From a virus: a stretch of 64,000 nt of DNA. Positions 48,800 through 59,000 of the stretch are shown piece by piece. The notes beneath the pieces are model-generated. The model had not been told where the DNA came from and did no database searches. It saw nothing but the letters and a program-made list of their open reading frames with translations. The translations under genes and the position numbers were made by a program. The stretch lies in the IMG/VR virus record IMGVR_UViG_3300029267_003703, positions 21,448 to 85,447 of that record; one strand, written 5' to 3'. Numbering within the stretch: position 1 is the stretch's first letter; the number at the start of each line of letters is the position of its first letter.

Positions 48800-50254
48800 A
48801 TGCGTACGAGCGGCCTGATCCTCGACCTTCAAGACGACAGCCAAGGGCAAGTACTTCGGCAGATCTATTCTTCTTCGGACGATCTACCGGAAGAGGTGAA
48901 AGTCGCTCACCCATTGACCGAGCAGGAGAAGACGACGCTCCCCGACGACGTCTTCGCCCTCGTGCTCGTCAACGGTCAGGAGTCGATGCGGAAGTACGCT
49001 TGCGTGGACCCCGGCAACACCCTGCTCAACGTCGAGTACTTCTTGCGCACCCGGCACAAGCTGCCAGAAGAAGCGCAGAAGGTCGCCGCTGCCAACCTGC
49101 GCACCGCCTGCTCATGGTACGGCCTCGTGCATTCGGAGCTCGAGAAGGTCGCGCTGGGACTGGGGGCAGCCAAGGCGCTGATCGGTCCCGCCATGACCGG
49201 GCTGTCCGCGGCGACTACGGTGGCGGGCACCTCGAAACAGATCAGCGGCAACCTCAATCAAGCACGGCAGTCTGGCGGCATGATCCAGAACTTCCTCAAG
49301 CAAGGGGAGGCCACCTTCACCCCGCTCATGCCCCCTCCGTCGTCTGAGCAGGGCAAGCCAGCCAAGACCAAGGCCGTCATCCGCAAGGTCGGGACGGTTC
49401 TTCAAAACAATGAGACTGGGCAGAGCATCAAGGGGCAGGAGCTCGTCAGTCAGACCCCTCCCACTCCCCCCAAGCAAAAGCGCGGTCGCCTCATCACCAC
49501 CCCCAGTTCCCCCGCCGGCTTCATGGAGACAGCGGAGAAGGTGCTTCATCCTCACGTGGACGTGACGGGCAGCGAGGCCAAGGTCGTCGTCCAGGAGAAG
49601 AAGAGCTCTGCGTTCGCCCTGCGTGACCGCTACCCCTTGGACAACTTGAAGCAGGTCAAGCGCGCCGCCGCCTACTTCGACGAGCAGGGCGTACGGATGT
49701 CGCCGGCGGATCGCCATGAGTACTGCGTCAACATGACGAAGCGAGCCGGGGCTCTCGGCATCCCCGTCAGCGAAGAGGCGCAGAAGTACGGCTCCGAGAC
49801 CTACGCCCCGGAGGAGGAGATCAAGGTGGCGATGGACGTTCGCCGCAACCTCGCCTCGGGCAATGAGAAGCTGATCGGTATGCTCAACGGCCTCATGAGC
49901 AAGCAGGCCCACATCCCTCCGGAGGTCTTCTGTGAGACTCTTGGCATGATCGACACGACCTTCGGTCTCAACCATCACTACGACCGCTATGTGCCTGACC
50001 CGTACTGGACCACCTATGGACTCGAAAAGCAGGCCGAGTTCGTCGAGACGATTGGCAACGAGACCATCACCGGGGAGCAGCTGCAAGCGTTCGCGAAGGA
50101 GAAGCAGGACGCTCGTGGTACGTTGGAGAAGGTCTTCGCCATGGATCTGGTCGACGAGTTCTGCAAAGACCCGATCGGCATCTTCAAGTCCCTTCCACGG
50201 GAACAGAAGTTGCTCATCATGCGGATGGCCAGTGCGGTTGCCGGTGGTGAGTGA
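48800..50254 (+). CDS. putative head scaffold/internal protein with two DUF6582-like repeats and many K-x-A sites
   Basis: LPDDVFAL...RKYAC...YF and FAL..RYPLD...AAAYF; AAGGAG SD; in the portal operon. Confidence 0.55.
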   Translation: MRTSGLILDLQDDSQGQVLRQIYSSSDDLPEEVKVAHPLTEQEKTTLPDDVFALVLVNGQESMRKYACVDPGNTLLNVEYFLRTRHKLPEEAQKVAAANLRTACSWYGLVHSELEKVALGLGAAKALIGPAMTGLSAATTVAGTSKQISGNLNQARQSGGMIQNFLKQGEATFTPLMPPPSSEQGKPAKTKAVIRKVGTVLQNNETGQSIKGQELVSQTPPTPPKQKRGRLITTPSSPAGFMETAEKVLHPHVDVTGSEAKVVVQEKKSSAFALRDRYPLDNLKQVKRAAAYFDEQGVRMSPADRHEYCVNMTKRAGALGIPVSEEAQKYGSETYAPEEEIKVAMDVRRNLASGNEKLIGMLNGLMSKQAHIPPEVFCETLGMIDTTFGLNHHYDRYVPDPYWTTYGLEKQAEFVETIGNETITGEQLQAFAKEKQDARGTLEKVFAMDLVDEFCKDPIGIFKSLPREQKLLIMRMASAVAGGE

Positions 50255-51042
50255 TGCCCCACGTTCCGCAGGACCAGGACTTCGCGACCATCTTTCTCGA
50301 CCCTCAGCAGGACGCGAAGAACGAACCCACTATCACGGAGGAGAGCCGTCTCGAGCTGCTGTCCACCGAACCGCATCCTCTGGGGCCGGCTGACCCGCAG
50401 CCGACGGGCGGGGTCACCCTCTCCAACTTCTTCCGCCATCCAGAGGCGCACCCTATCGTCTTGGACCTGTGGCTCTCGAACAAGTTCGGCCCCGAGTGGC
50501 TCGACTGGGAGCCGGAGACTATCGAGGCGCAAGTCGAGGCGATGTGCAAGTGCGACCTCAGCTCCTTGAACCTGTCCAAGATCCACGCCCTCAAGTCTCT
50601 GCACTTGGTCGACTCCTTTTGGGAGCGGTGGGAGGTGTTCGTCTGGTGCGCGATGCCCTTCAACGACCTGTACCCGGACTTCGAGATTATGCAGGTGCCG
50701 ACGGTTCCGCAGTGCATGATCGCCGTCGACATCGCCGACCAAGTTCGGGACGACGTCGAGTGGTCGGAAGAGGTGAAGCGGTTCCTCGAAGTGGTGCACC
50801 GCCACGACGGCATCATGGTGCCGCAGGCTCCGCTCGACTTTGTCACCGTGGACACCGAGGGGTTCCCGCTTGAGCCCGGGGTCATCCAATCTCGGTGGCC
50901 CGAGGTCCGCAAGTCAGGCCGGGCTCCGGGGTGCGACACATCGAACGACTGCCAGCTCACCCGAATGCTTGAATCCTACCAGTTCATGCAGGAGTATCGG
51001 GACAGGCTTCAGCGGCAGCTAAGGACGGTCCTTCATGCCTGA
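50251..51042 (+). CDS. hypothetical protein (head module)
   Basis: Overlaps both neighbours; 263 aa. Confidence 0.7.
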   Translation: MMPHVPQDQDFATIFLDPQQDAKNEPTITEESRLELLSTEPHPLGPADPQPTGGVTLSNFFRHPEAHPIVLDLWLSNKFGPEWLDWEPETIEAQVEAMCKCDLSSLNLSKIHALKSLHLVDSFWERWEVFVWCAMPFNDLYPDFEIMQVPTVPQCMIAVDIADQVRDDVEWSEEVKRFLEVVHRHDGIMVPQAPLDFVTVDTEGFPLEPGVIQSRWPEVRKSGRAPGCDTSNDCQLTRMLESYQFMQEYRDRLQRQLRTVLHA

Positions 51043-52066
51043 GTTCGACGAGAACACCATGCGCGGCTTCATCGAGGAGATGGAGAAGCAGGCTCTCACA
51101 GGAAACCAGGTGCTCGGGCTGGCCACGGGCACCGGCGCGGCGCTCGGAGGTCTTTGGCAGGGGGGCAAGGCGTACCGAGAGGCCAAGCAGCAAGGTGCCA
51201 GCACTTCGGAGGCGTTGCAGCAGGCGGGCAAGAAGGGCCTGATTGGTGCGGGCGCCGGTGCGGCGATTGGTGGGGGACTTGGGGGCATCAGCAAGCTGCG
51301 TAAGGGCAAGGGGCTGTTCACCATGCCCAAGTCCTCCCCCATCATGGGGGGCCAGGTCATCGACCCCGGCAAGTCGCTCGCTGAGTTCGGCGGGCATGTC
51401 GGGCACATCTGGACGGGCAAGGGCAACGTTCGCAGTTTCGGCGGGGGAGCCGTGCCCGCCATAAAGGCGGAGTCTGAAGCGGCCAAGGCACTGGAGAAGG
51501 TCCGACAGGCCCCGGTGGGCGAGGTGAAGGATCCTCGGTTCCTATCCTCCATTCGAGGAAAGATCTCTCCCGCTGAGACCAAGCGGCTGGCTGAGGAGAA
51601 GGCTCAGAAAGCGCTGACAGCAGCTCAGGCCAGGGCCAAGGCAATGGAGCGGGCGGAGAAGGCAGGTCTCACCAGCATCCCAGGCACCCTCACCGGTATT
51701 GCGCGGGACCCTCGAGGAACTGCCGGCGCGTTCGGTGACTACATTCGGACCATGAGCGGGGGAGAAAAGGCATTCGCTCTTGGCTTCCCTGCTGCCTTTG
51801 CCGGCATGGGGGCGCTGGCTCCGGAGGAGGGGCAGAGCAGGCTCGGCGGAGCTCTGTCAGGCGCGGCATCGAGCGTGCCGTGGATGATGCCGTGGATGCC
51901 CAAGAGCTTCGCCATGACCATGCTGCCCGGGTCCTCGTCCATCATGCCTCAGATGGCCCTTGGCCGCCCCTTGGAGATGGCGGGCAGCGCTGCCGGTAAC
52001 GCAGCGACCTCGGGATACCGTCGGGTCGCCGGCGCGGTTCAGCCGCCGGAGGAACAGGGTAGATGA
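51035..52066 (+). CDS. Gly/Ala-rich basic protein with hydrophobic segments and EMEKQA leader; probable internal (ejected) virion protein
   Basis: Acidic 20-aa leader ending KQA, then glycine-zipper helices. Confidence 0.55.
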   Translation: MPEFDENTMRGFIEEMEKQALTGNQVLGLATGTGAALGGLWQGGKAYREAKQQGASTSEALQQAGKKGLIGAGAGAAIGGGLGGISKLRKGKGLFTMPKSSPIMGGQVIDPGKSLAEFGGHVGHIWTGKGNVRSFGGGAVPAIKAESEAAKALEKVRQAPVGEVKDPRFLSSIRGKISPAETKRLAEEKAQKALTAAQARAKAMERAEKAGLTSIPGTLTGIARDPRGTAGAFGDYIRTMSGGEKAFALGFPAAFAGMGALAPEEGQSRLGGALSGAASSVPWMMPWMPKSFAMTMLPGSSSIMPQMALGRPLEMAGSAAGNAATSGYRRVAGAVQPPEEQGR

Positions 52067-54090
52067 GCTTCTTTTCAGGAGGACTGCAGGGGGTGGCCAC
52101 GGGGCCCGGTTCGGGGCTGCGCTTTGCGTCTACCCGAGGTCGGATTCAGGGCAGCCCGTCGAACGGGATGAACTACCCGAGCCCGTTCTTCGACATCGGG
52201 CACACGTACCTGCCGGTCACGGTCAAGGCGCTGCTCCGCTGGTGCCGGTACTACTTCATGACGAACCCGCTGCTCAATGCGGGCACGTTCAAGATGGCCG
52301 AGTATCCGGTGACCGACCTGCTCATCGAGCACGAGAACCCCTCGGTGCAGAAGCGGTGGTCAGAGTACTTCCACGAGCACTTCATGTACCCGGCCTTCCA
52401 GATCGAGGTGGGCCTGGACTACTTCACGTACGGCAACGCGTTCATCACGATCTACTACCCCGTGCGCAAGTGGCTCAAGTGCAGGCAGTGCGGCCATCAG
52501 GACCACGAGGCGGACCTTCGGTCGAACTACATCTTCACCAACTTCGAGTTCCGCCTGACGTGCCCGCGCTGTGGGCACGTGGGGACCGCTGACGTCAAGC
52601 AGCAGTACCTCAAGAACGCCAGCGAGATCCGACTCGTTCGGTGGAACCCCGAGGATGTGGAGATCGACGTCAACGACATCACCGGCGCCGTCGACTACTA
52701 CTACATCATCCCGCCGATGATGAAGAACGACATCACGGTGGGCAAGAAGAGTGTGGTCGGGGAGATCCCGCAGATCTTCATCCAGGCTGTGCGAGAGAAC
52801 AAGGGCGTGAAGTTCGCGCCCGACAACTTCTTCCACCTCAAGCGGCCGAGCCTCGCCAACCTAGACCGGGGTTGGGGCACTCCGCTGCTTCTGCCCGTGC
52901 TCAAGGACGCCTACTACCTGCAGATCATGAAGAAGGCGCAGGAGGCGATCCTGCTCGAGCACATCATCCCGCTGCGCATCCTGTTTCCGCAGGCCGGCAG
53001 CGCGAGCTCGGACCCGTACACGACGATCAACCTCACTCAGTGGCGGGAGCACGTCGCCGGCGAGATCGCTCGGTGGAGGTACGACCCGAACTACATTCCC
53101 GTCATGCCGCTGCCCGTGGGGCACCAAACGCTGGGCGGTGACGGCCGGGCCCTGTTGCTGTCCGGTGAGATCCAGCAGTGGAGTGACCACTTGGTGGTCG
53201 GCATGGGCGTCCCGCGGGAGTTCATCTTCGGTGGCATGAGCTACGCTGGCACCAACGTGTCGATGCGGATGCTCGAGAACGCGTTCCTTCGATACATCAG
53301 CCGGCACTTGGCGCTGTCGAAGTTCGTGATGAAGTCCGTGTCCAAGTACATGGATTGGCCCGAGGCCACGTGCAAGTTCAAGCCCTTCAAGATGGCCGAC
53401 GACCTCCAGCGCAAGATGTTCCTGCTCAACGTCAACGCGCAGGGCAAGATCAGCGACACTTCCTTCCTGGCCGAGTGCGACTACGACCAGTCGGAAGAGA
53501 ACAAGATCATGCTGCGCGAGAACAAGGAGCGCCTCGAGGCCCTCAAGGACCAGCAGGTTGCGCAGGCCGAGGCGCAGGGCGAGGCCATGCTCGTCAACGC
53601 TAAGTACCAAGCGAAGATGCAGCAGGTCATGATGCAGGCACAGCAGGCGCCCGTCGCCCCGGGCGAGCCGGGCGGCCCCGAGCAACAGATGCAGGGCGGA
53701 GGTCCTGGCGGGCAAGGAGCCATGGGCGAACCAATCCCCGGGGGCCAGCCCGCCGAACAGGCGCAGCCCCAAGCGCAGCAGGCCGAGCAGGGCTACTTCC
53801 AGCAGCAGGTCGGCAGCCCGCTCAACATGGGCCAGGACATGCAGTCGAACCAGATGATGAACATCGATCTGCCATCGATGGCGATGCAGCAGGCCCGCAT
53901 GATCACCCAGCTCCCGCCCGAACAACAGCAGACCGCCATCCAGAACCTCGAGCAGCAGTCCCCCGAGCTCGCCGAGCTCGTGCGCCAGTACCTCACCCAA
54001 CTCCAGCCGCAAAGCGGAGGCGGGGGCGTCGACATGCGCCCGCAACCCAACGTGTACCCGGAACGGCGCGAGACGCCGATGGTGACTTAG
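52063..54090 (+). CDS. portal protein with zinc-finger insertion and Gln-rich tail
   Basis: YFTYGNAF, FFHLKR...GWGTPLLLPVL and GMGVPREFIFG portal-like motifs. Confidence 0.7.
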   Translation: MSFFSGGLQGVATGPGSGLRFASTRGRIQGSPSNGMNYPSPFFDIGHTYLPVTVKALLRWCRYYFMTNPLLNAGTFKMAEYPVTDLLIEHENPSVQKRWSEYFHEHFMYPAFQIEVGLDYFTYGNAFITIYYPVRKWLKCRQCGHQDHEADLRSNYIFTNFEFRLTCPRCGHVGTADVKQQYLKNASEIRLVRWNPEDVEIDVNDITGAVDYYYIIPPMMKNDITVGKKSVVGEIPQIFIQAVRENKGVKFAPDNFFHLKRPSLANLDRGWGTPLLLPVLKDAYYLQIMKKAQEAILLEHIIPLRILFPQAGSASSDPYTTINLTQWREHVAGEIARWRYDPNYIPVMPLPVGHQTLGGDGRALLLSGEIQQWSDHLVVGMGVPREFIFGGMSYAGTNVSMRMLENAFLRYISRHLALSKFVMKSVSKYMDWPEATCKFKPFKMADDLQRKMFLLNVNAQGKISDTSFLAECDYDQSEENKIMLRENKERLEALKDQQVAQAEAQGEAMLVNAKYQAKMQQVMMQAQQAPVAPGEPGGPEQQMQGGGPGGQGAMGEPIPGGQPAEQAQPQAQQAEQGYFQQQVGSPLNMGQDMQSNQMMNIDLPSMAMQQARMITQLPPEQQQTAIQNLEQQSPELAELVRQYLTQLQPQSGGGGVDMRPQPNVYPERRETPMVT

Positions 54091-54095
54091 GGGGT

Positions 54096-54123
54096 AAAAA
54101 ACGACGCCCCCCGAATGGGGGGC
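54096..54123 (-). terminator. probable terminator for the converging - strand cluster
   Basis: GCCCCCC-GAAT-GGGGGGC hairpin; on - strand followed by GTCG-TTTTTT. Confidence 0.6.
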
Positions 54124-54199
54124 CCTGCTCCGTCCGGCCCGTCGACTTCGACGTTCAACCCGGACTCACCCCTGAGCGGGGGCGCCGTGTGGTGCAGGC

Positions 54200-54511
54200 T
54201 CAGAACCAACCGTTGTCGGTCTCTGCCTGCACCTTCGCGAGCGTGGCCAGCGCCACCCCAATGCGGCGCCATGCGTTGAGGATCTCCTCCTCAGCACCGG
54301 CGCCCTGGGCGAGCGCAAGCCCCTCTGCAGCGCGGTGAGCGGCGAGCTCGTACTGCTCGGCCGCGTACCGCGCGTCAAGCTCGAGAAGCACGGCGACGCT
54401 CGCGTCGTCCTGCTGCTCCAAGAGCTTGAGGGCCCTGTTATAGGCCCTTCCGCAGAGGTTGCCCGCAACACGGCCGTTTCGGCTTTCGCCGCGGTCGTTG
54501 CGTGCCATCAC
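54200..54511 (-). CDS. hypothetical protein
   Basis: 103-aa helical ORF in the - strand cluster. Confidence 0.55.
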   Translation of the reverse strand: MMARNDRGESRNGRVAGNLCGRAYNRALKLLEQQDDASVAVLLELDARYAAEQYELAAHRAAEGLALAQGAGAEEEILNAWRRIGVALATLAKVQAETDNGWF

Positions 54512-54533
54512 TACTATTGTACCTTCTTTCTGC

Positions 54534-55160
54534 TTACTTTTGCGTCCACAGATCCATTACCTGTTCGGCCATCAGAGCCATGCAGCTCAGGCACATCAGC
54601 TCCATGGACTCTTCTTCGTCGAAGTGCCCGCCCATGTCGCTAGAAGGAGTTCGGCCGTCCGGGGGAAGCGGCTCCATGGTTCCGTAGACGGCGCGGATCA
54701 TGGGCTCACCGTCCACGGGTCTTTTGCAGAAGTCGCAGAAGATGGGAACGTCCGGATCCTCTATCTCTTGCGGGTCTGCGGGCTGAAGCCCTAGCTCCTT
54801 CCTCACCTCCTGTATGGCGAACTGGAGCTCGTCGACCAGGCTGCTCCACACGTCGAACGGAAGCATCTCCTCCAAGACCTCCCATTCGTCTTCTCCAACG
54901 TCATCCTCCATACCGTCGATCAGGTCGTATGGCTCCTGGTTGGAGACGATGAAGGAGGGGACCATCGGCTCGTCCCCGTTCATCCAGTACTCGCACATGA
55001 TCGTCAGATCGAGGTCCACGTACGGGATGACCCCGTCGAGTCGGACCACTTCCCAGCCGAGCGGGATGTCCCTGTCCGATCCTCTGCAGATGTGGCCGGA
55101 CGGCACGGGGCTCAGAACAAGGCTTGGGTCTCGGTACCTGTCGGGGAAGGTCATCGCCAT
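54534..55160 (-). CDS. acidic hypothetical protein with C-terminal Cys pairs
   Basis: GGAG SD before MAMTFP; CDFC...CLSC. Confidence 0.65.
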   Translation of the reverse strand: MAMTFPDRYRDPSLVLSPVPSGHICRGSDRDIPLGWEVVRLDGVIPYVDLDLTIMCEYWMNGDEPMVPSFIVSNQEPYDLIDGMEDDVGEDEWEVLEEMLPFDVWSSLVDELQFAIQEVRKELGLQPADPQEIEDPDVPIFCDFCKRPVDGEPMIRAVYGTMEPLPPDGRTPSSDMGGHFDEEESMELMCLSCMALMAEQVMDLWTQK

Positions 55161-55750
55161 TGTATCTTCTCCAGTTGGACTCGGGCCCAGCGCTTGTTGA
55201 CGGTCTCGAGTCGCGGGTCGGGGGACATCCCGGTCTCCAGGTCCGCGTCCCACATGAGCGTGAGCAGCTCCTCGTAGTCGAGGCCGTTGATGTGCAGGTG
55301 GCGGGTGATCTCCATGCCTTCAGGCAAGGGCATGCCGCCGTACTCCTCGCGGGCGCCCCACTCCAGGCGGAGCAGGTCGTCCTGCAGGTCGTCGGGTTCG
55401 GCGGTGATGCCGACCCAGTTGAAGTCGTCTTGGGGTAGGTAGGGGGAACCCAACCAGTGGCACCACTGGCCTGGCTGCGCGATCTCCATCAGCACCTCGA
55501 GGTCCCGCTGGTTGCAGAACGACGTGATGCCGAAGTTGTCGATCAGCCAGGCCCGCACGCCTCCCAGAGCCCTTCCGGATGGGAGGTAAAAACCAACGAT
55601 CTCCCACACCCGGTTGAGGTACTCGACCTTTTCGCCGATGGCGTCGAACATGGGAGCCGTGGTCGGGTCGCCGGGCACGAGTTCGATTAGCCTCGTACCC
55701 GGCAACGCCACTGGTGGGCTCGCATACACGTTCGCGAGCCCTCCGTTCAT
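55151..55750 (-). CDS. hypothetical protein
   Basis: TGATG coupling; acidic, 199 aa. Confidence 0.65.
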   Translation of the reverse strand: MNGGLANVYASPPVALPGTRLIELVPGDPTTAPMFDAIGEKVEYLNRVWEIVGFYLPSGRALGGVRAWLIDNFGITSFCNQRDLEVLMEIAQPGQWCHWLGSPYLPQDDFNWVGITAEPDDLQDDLLRLEWGAREEYGGMPLPEGMEITRHLHINGLDYEELLTLMWDADLETGMSPDPRLETVNKRWARVQLEKIQWR

Positions 55751-55911
55751 CAGTCGTCGTCTCCTTCCTCGTCCTGGTCGTCGTCCTCGTGCCAGGCTGA
55801 TTTTTTAGGGTCGAAGCCGGCCTCCTTGATGTCCTCCTCCCGCTCTCCGAAGAGAGAGGTGAAGGACTCCTGCGCGATTCGGGCCATGTCATTCAGCTTG
55901 CTGGTGGACAT
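55750..55911 (-). CDS. small acidic protein
   Basis: AAGGAG SD before MSTSKLND. Confidence 0.6.
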   Translation of the reverse strand: MSTSKLNDMARIAQESFTSLFGEREEDIKEAGFDPKKSAWHEDDDQDEEGDDD

Positions 55912-55979
55912 CTCAATCTCCTTGTCGGAGGGCCACCTCCTGACCCTCCGGTTAGAGGGGAAGGGCGCGTACTTCGTCC

Positions 55980-56043
55980 CTTCAAGGCTCTTATGCCTGC
56001 GATCACGCACTCCTTGCCGCCGCTTCAGCCTGCGCGGTACAGT
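55980..56043. promoter_or_regulatory. back-to-back divergent promoter pair (candidate)
   Basis: GGCATAAGAGCCTTGAAG on -; TTGCCG-N18-TACAGT on + upstream of the RNAP gene; same spacing as 48725-48778. Confidence 0.55.
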
Positions 56044-56068
56044 TGCGAGCAGTCCAGAGAGGAACAGG

Positions 56069-59000
56069 ATGGCGTACCTCGACCCGCAGGAAGCCTTCGA
56101 CCACTTCCAGAAGAAAGTAGTTGAGGGAGTAGAGCAACAGTTCCCGGTGAAGGGAAAGCAGCGCAGCCTTCACCTGGAGCGTGTGGAAGTTCCGGAGCCC
56201 CCTAGCCCGGACGACATCAAAGCGCAGCAGCAGGCGAAGATCGACGGCAAGAGCTGGGGCGTGCCCGTGTACGCCCATCTGACCCTCAAGGACAACGCCA
56301 CCGGCAAGATCGTGGACAAGCGCAAGGTGCGCGTCGCCGAAGTCCCGATGATGACGAAGCGCTACAGCTACATCGTCGGCGGGCAGGAGTACCAAGTCGA
56401 CAGCCAGTGGCAGCTCAAGCCGGGGGCGTACACCCGCCGCAAGCAGAACCAGCAGCTCGAGACGCAGTTCAACACGACGGGCCCCGGTTCCAAAACGTTC
56501 CACTTGAACTTCCACCCCGACAAGAAGCAGTTCACGGTACGGTGGAACAAGGCGGATATCCCGGCGTACCCGATCCTCAAGACGCTTGGGGTCACTGACG
56601 AGCAGCTCAAGAAGTCCTGGGGTGAGGACATCCTCGACGCCAACAAGAACGCCCGCGGAGTGGACGGGGCGCTCGCCGCGCTGTACCGCTCGGATCGGGG
56701 GCGCAACCCTGAGAACATCGAGCAGGCCAAAGAGCATCTGTGGGACACACTCCAAGCGTCGAAGATGGACAAGAGTGCCACGCACATGACGCTCGGTCGT
56801 CCCTTCGAGCATGTGAATGGCGACGCGCTGCACATCGCGTCCAAGCGCCTGCTCGACGTGCAGCGAGGCGGCGGCGAGGATGATCGTGACAGCCTGGTGT
56901 TCAAGAGGCTCCGTACGGCTGGCGACTTCGCCCTCGACAAGATGAACAGCCAGAAGTGGGCCGTGCAGAACAAGATGGCCAAGAAGCTCGACACGGCGCA
57001 GAGCGTGCGCGACGTCGTGAAGTTCGAGCACTTGAACACGGCGGTCCACAAGACCTTCAGCGAGAATCAGGCGTCGCGCGTTGCCAGCCAGATCAATCCG
57101 CTCGAGATGGTCAGCTCCTCGATGCAGACCACGGTCATGGGACCGGGCGGCATCCAATCCGAGCACGCCGTCATCGACCAGACGAAGTGGATCAACCCTT
57201 CGCAGTTCGGCTTCCTCGACCCGATCAACACCCCCGAGGGCCCGAAGACCGGCGTCACCCTGCGGCTGCCCATGGGCGTGCGCAAGAAGGGGGACGAGCC
57301 CCGCATCGCCTTGACGAACATGCAGACGGGCAAGACCGAGTTCGTCTCCCCGGGCCGAGCCATGCAGGAGAACGTGCTGCTGCCTGACCAGGTCGAGTGG
57401 AAGGATGGCAAGCCAAACCCGATCAATGGCAAGAAGTCGAAGATCTTGGGGCCGGGCAACGAGCTCCAGGTGGGCGACGCCAGCAAGGCGAAGTACGTCA
57501 TGCGGCACCCCACGCAGGTGTTCAACATCACCTCGAACATGATCCCGTATCTGCATTCGACGCAGGGTAACCGTGCAGGCATGGCTTCTCGCCACCTCGA
57601 ACAGGCGGTGAGCCTCGAAGGAAGGCAGGCCCCTCTGGTGCAGGTAGCCACGGGCGCGGGCAAGGGCCCGTACGACACGTTCGAGGGAATGGTCGGGGCC
57701 ATGTCGGGGCACCAGTCCCCCATCGACGGGACGGTGGAGAAGGTCACCAAGGATGGCATCCACATCAGGGGCAAGGACGGGGTCAAGCACACCGTTCAGC
57801 TGTACAACCACTACCCGCTCAACGACGTGAAGAGCACCATGCACTCCGAGCCGCTGGTCAAGCCCGGCGACGTGGTGAAGAAGGGGCAGCACATCGGGGA
57901 CACGAACTTCACGAAGGACGGCAAGCTGGCCCTCGGCACCAACCTGCGAGTCGCGTACGCCCCGCTCAAGGGCTACAACTTCGAGGACGGCGTGGTCATC
58001 AGCGAGTCCGCGGCGAAGGCCATGAGCTCGGTGCACATGACGAAGCACTCGTTGGCGGTCGAGCCGGACATGAACTTCGACCCCAAGAGGTTCCGTGCGT
58101 TGCACGCCGGTACCTACAAGACCGAACAGCTCGATAAGGTGGGGGAGGATGGCGTGGTCGCCGTTGGTACCCGGGTCAAGCCCGGTGACCCCCTCGTGCT
58201 CGCCACGCAGCCCTTCAAGATCAAGGATCGAACGGGCATCGGCGCGTGGAAGAAGAACATGTCGGGCGTGCATACCGACAAGAGCGTGAAGTGGGACGGT
58301 GACTACGAGGGAGAGGTCGTTGGCGTGCACCGTAAGGGCAAGAGCGTGCAGGTACACGTGCGCACAGTCGAGCCCATGCAGGTGGGCGACAAGCTCAGCG
58401 GCCGGTACGGCAACAAGGGCATCGTCACCAAGATCCTCGACAACAGCCAGATGCCGCGCACCAAGGACGGCAGCCACGTCGAGGTGATGCTCAACCCGGC
58501 AGGCATCCCCGGGCGCATCAACCCGTCGCAGGTCTTCGAGACCGTGGCGGCGAAGGTGGCCGACAAGACGGGCAAGCCCATCGTCGTGCAGAACTTCAAG
58601 CCTCACGTGGACCAGCTGCAAGAGATCAAGAACTTGGCCAAGGCGCACGGGGTGAGCGACACCGAGGAGCTGTACGACCCAGAGACCAACCAGAGCCTCG
58701 GGCAGATCCTCACCGGCAAGCAGTACATGCTCAAGTTGGTGCACCAAGTAGAGAAGAAGGGCGCGGTGCGCTCTGGCATGTCGCTGCCCGGCACGGACCC
58801 GGAGTCGTACGACCGCAACCTGCAACCCACGGGCGGCGGGCATCACGGCGGGCAGAGCATGGGCTCTCTTGGCATGTACGCCATGCTGGCCCACGGGGCC
58901 AAGGCCAACATCCGAGAGATGCAGACGTACAAGAGCGAGGGCCCAGACCCCGCGCCGGCGGAGGCCAAGAAGTGGAAGAGTCAGCACAACGAGGTGTGGC

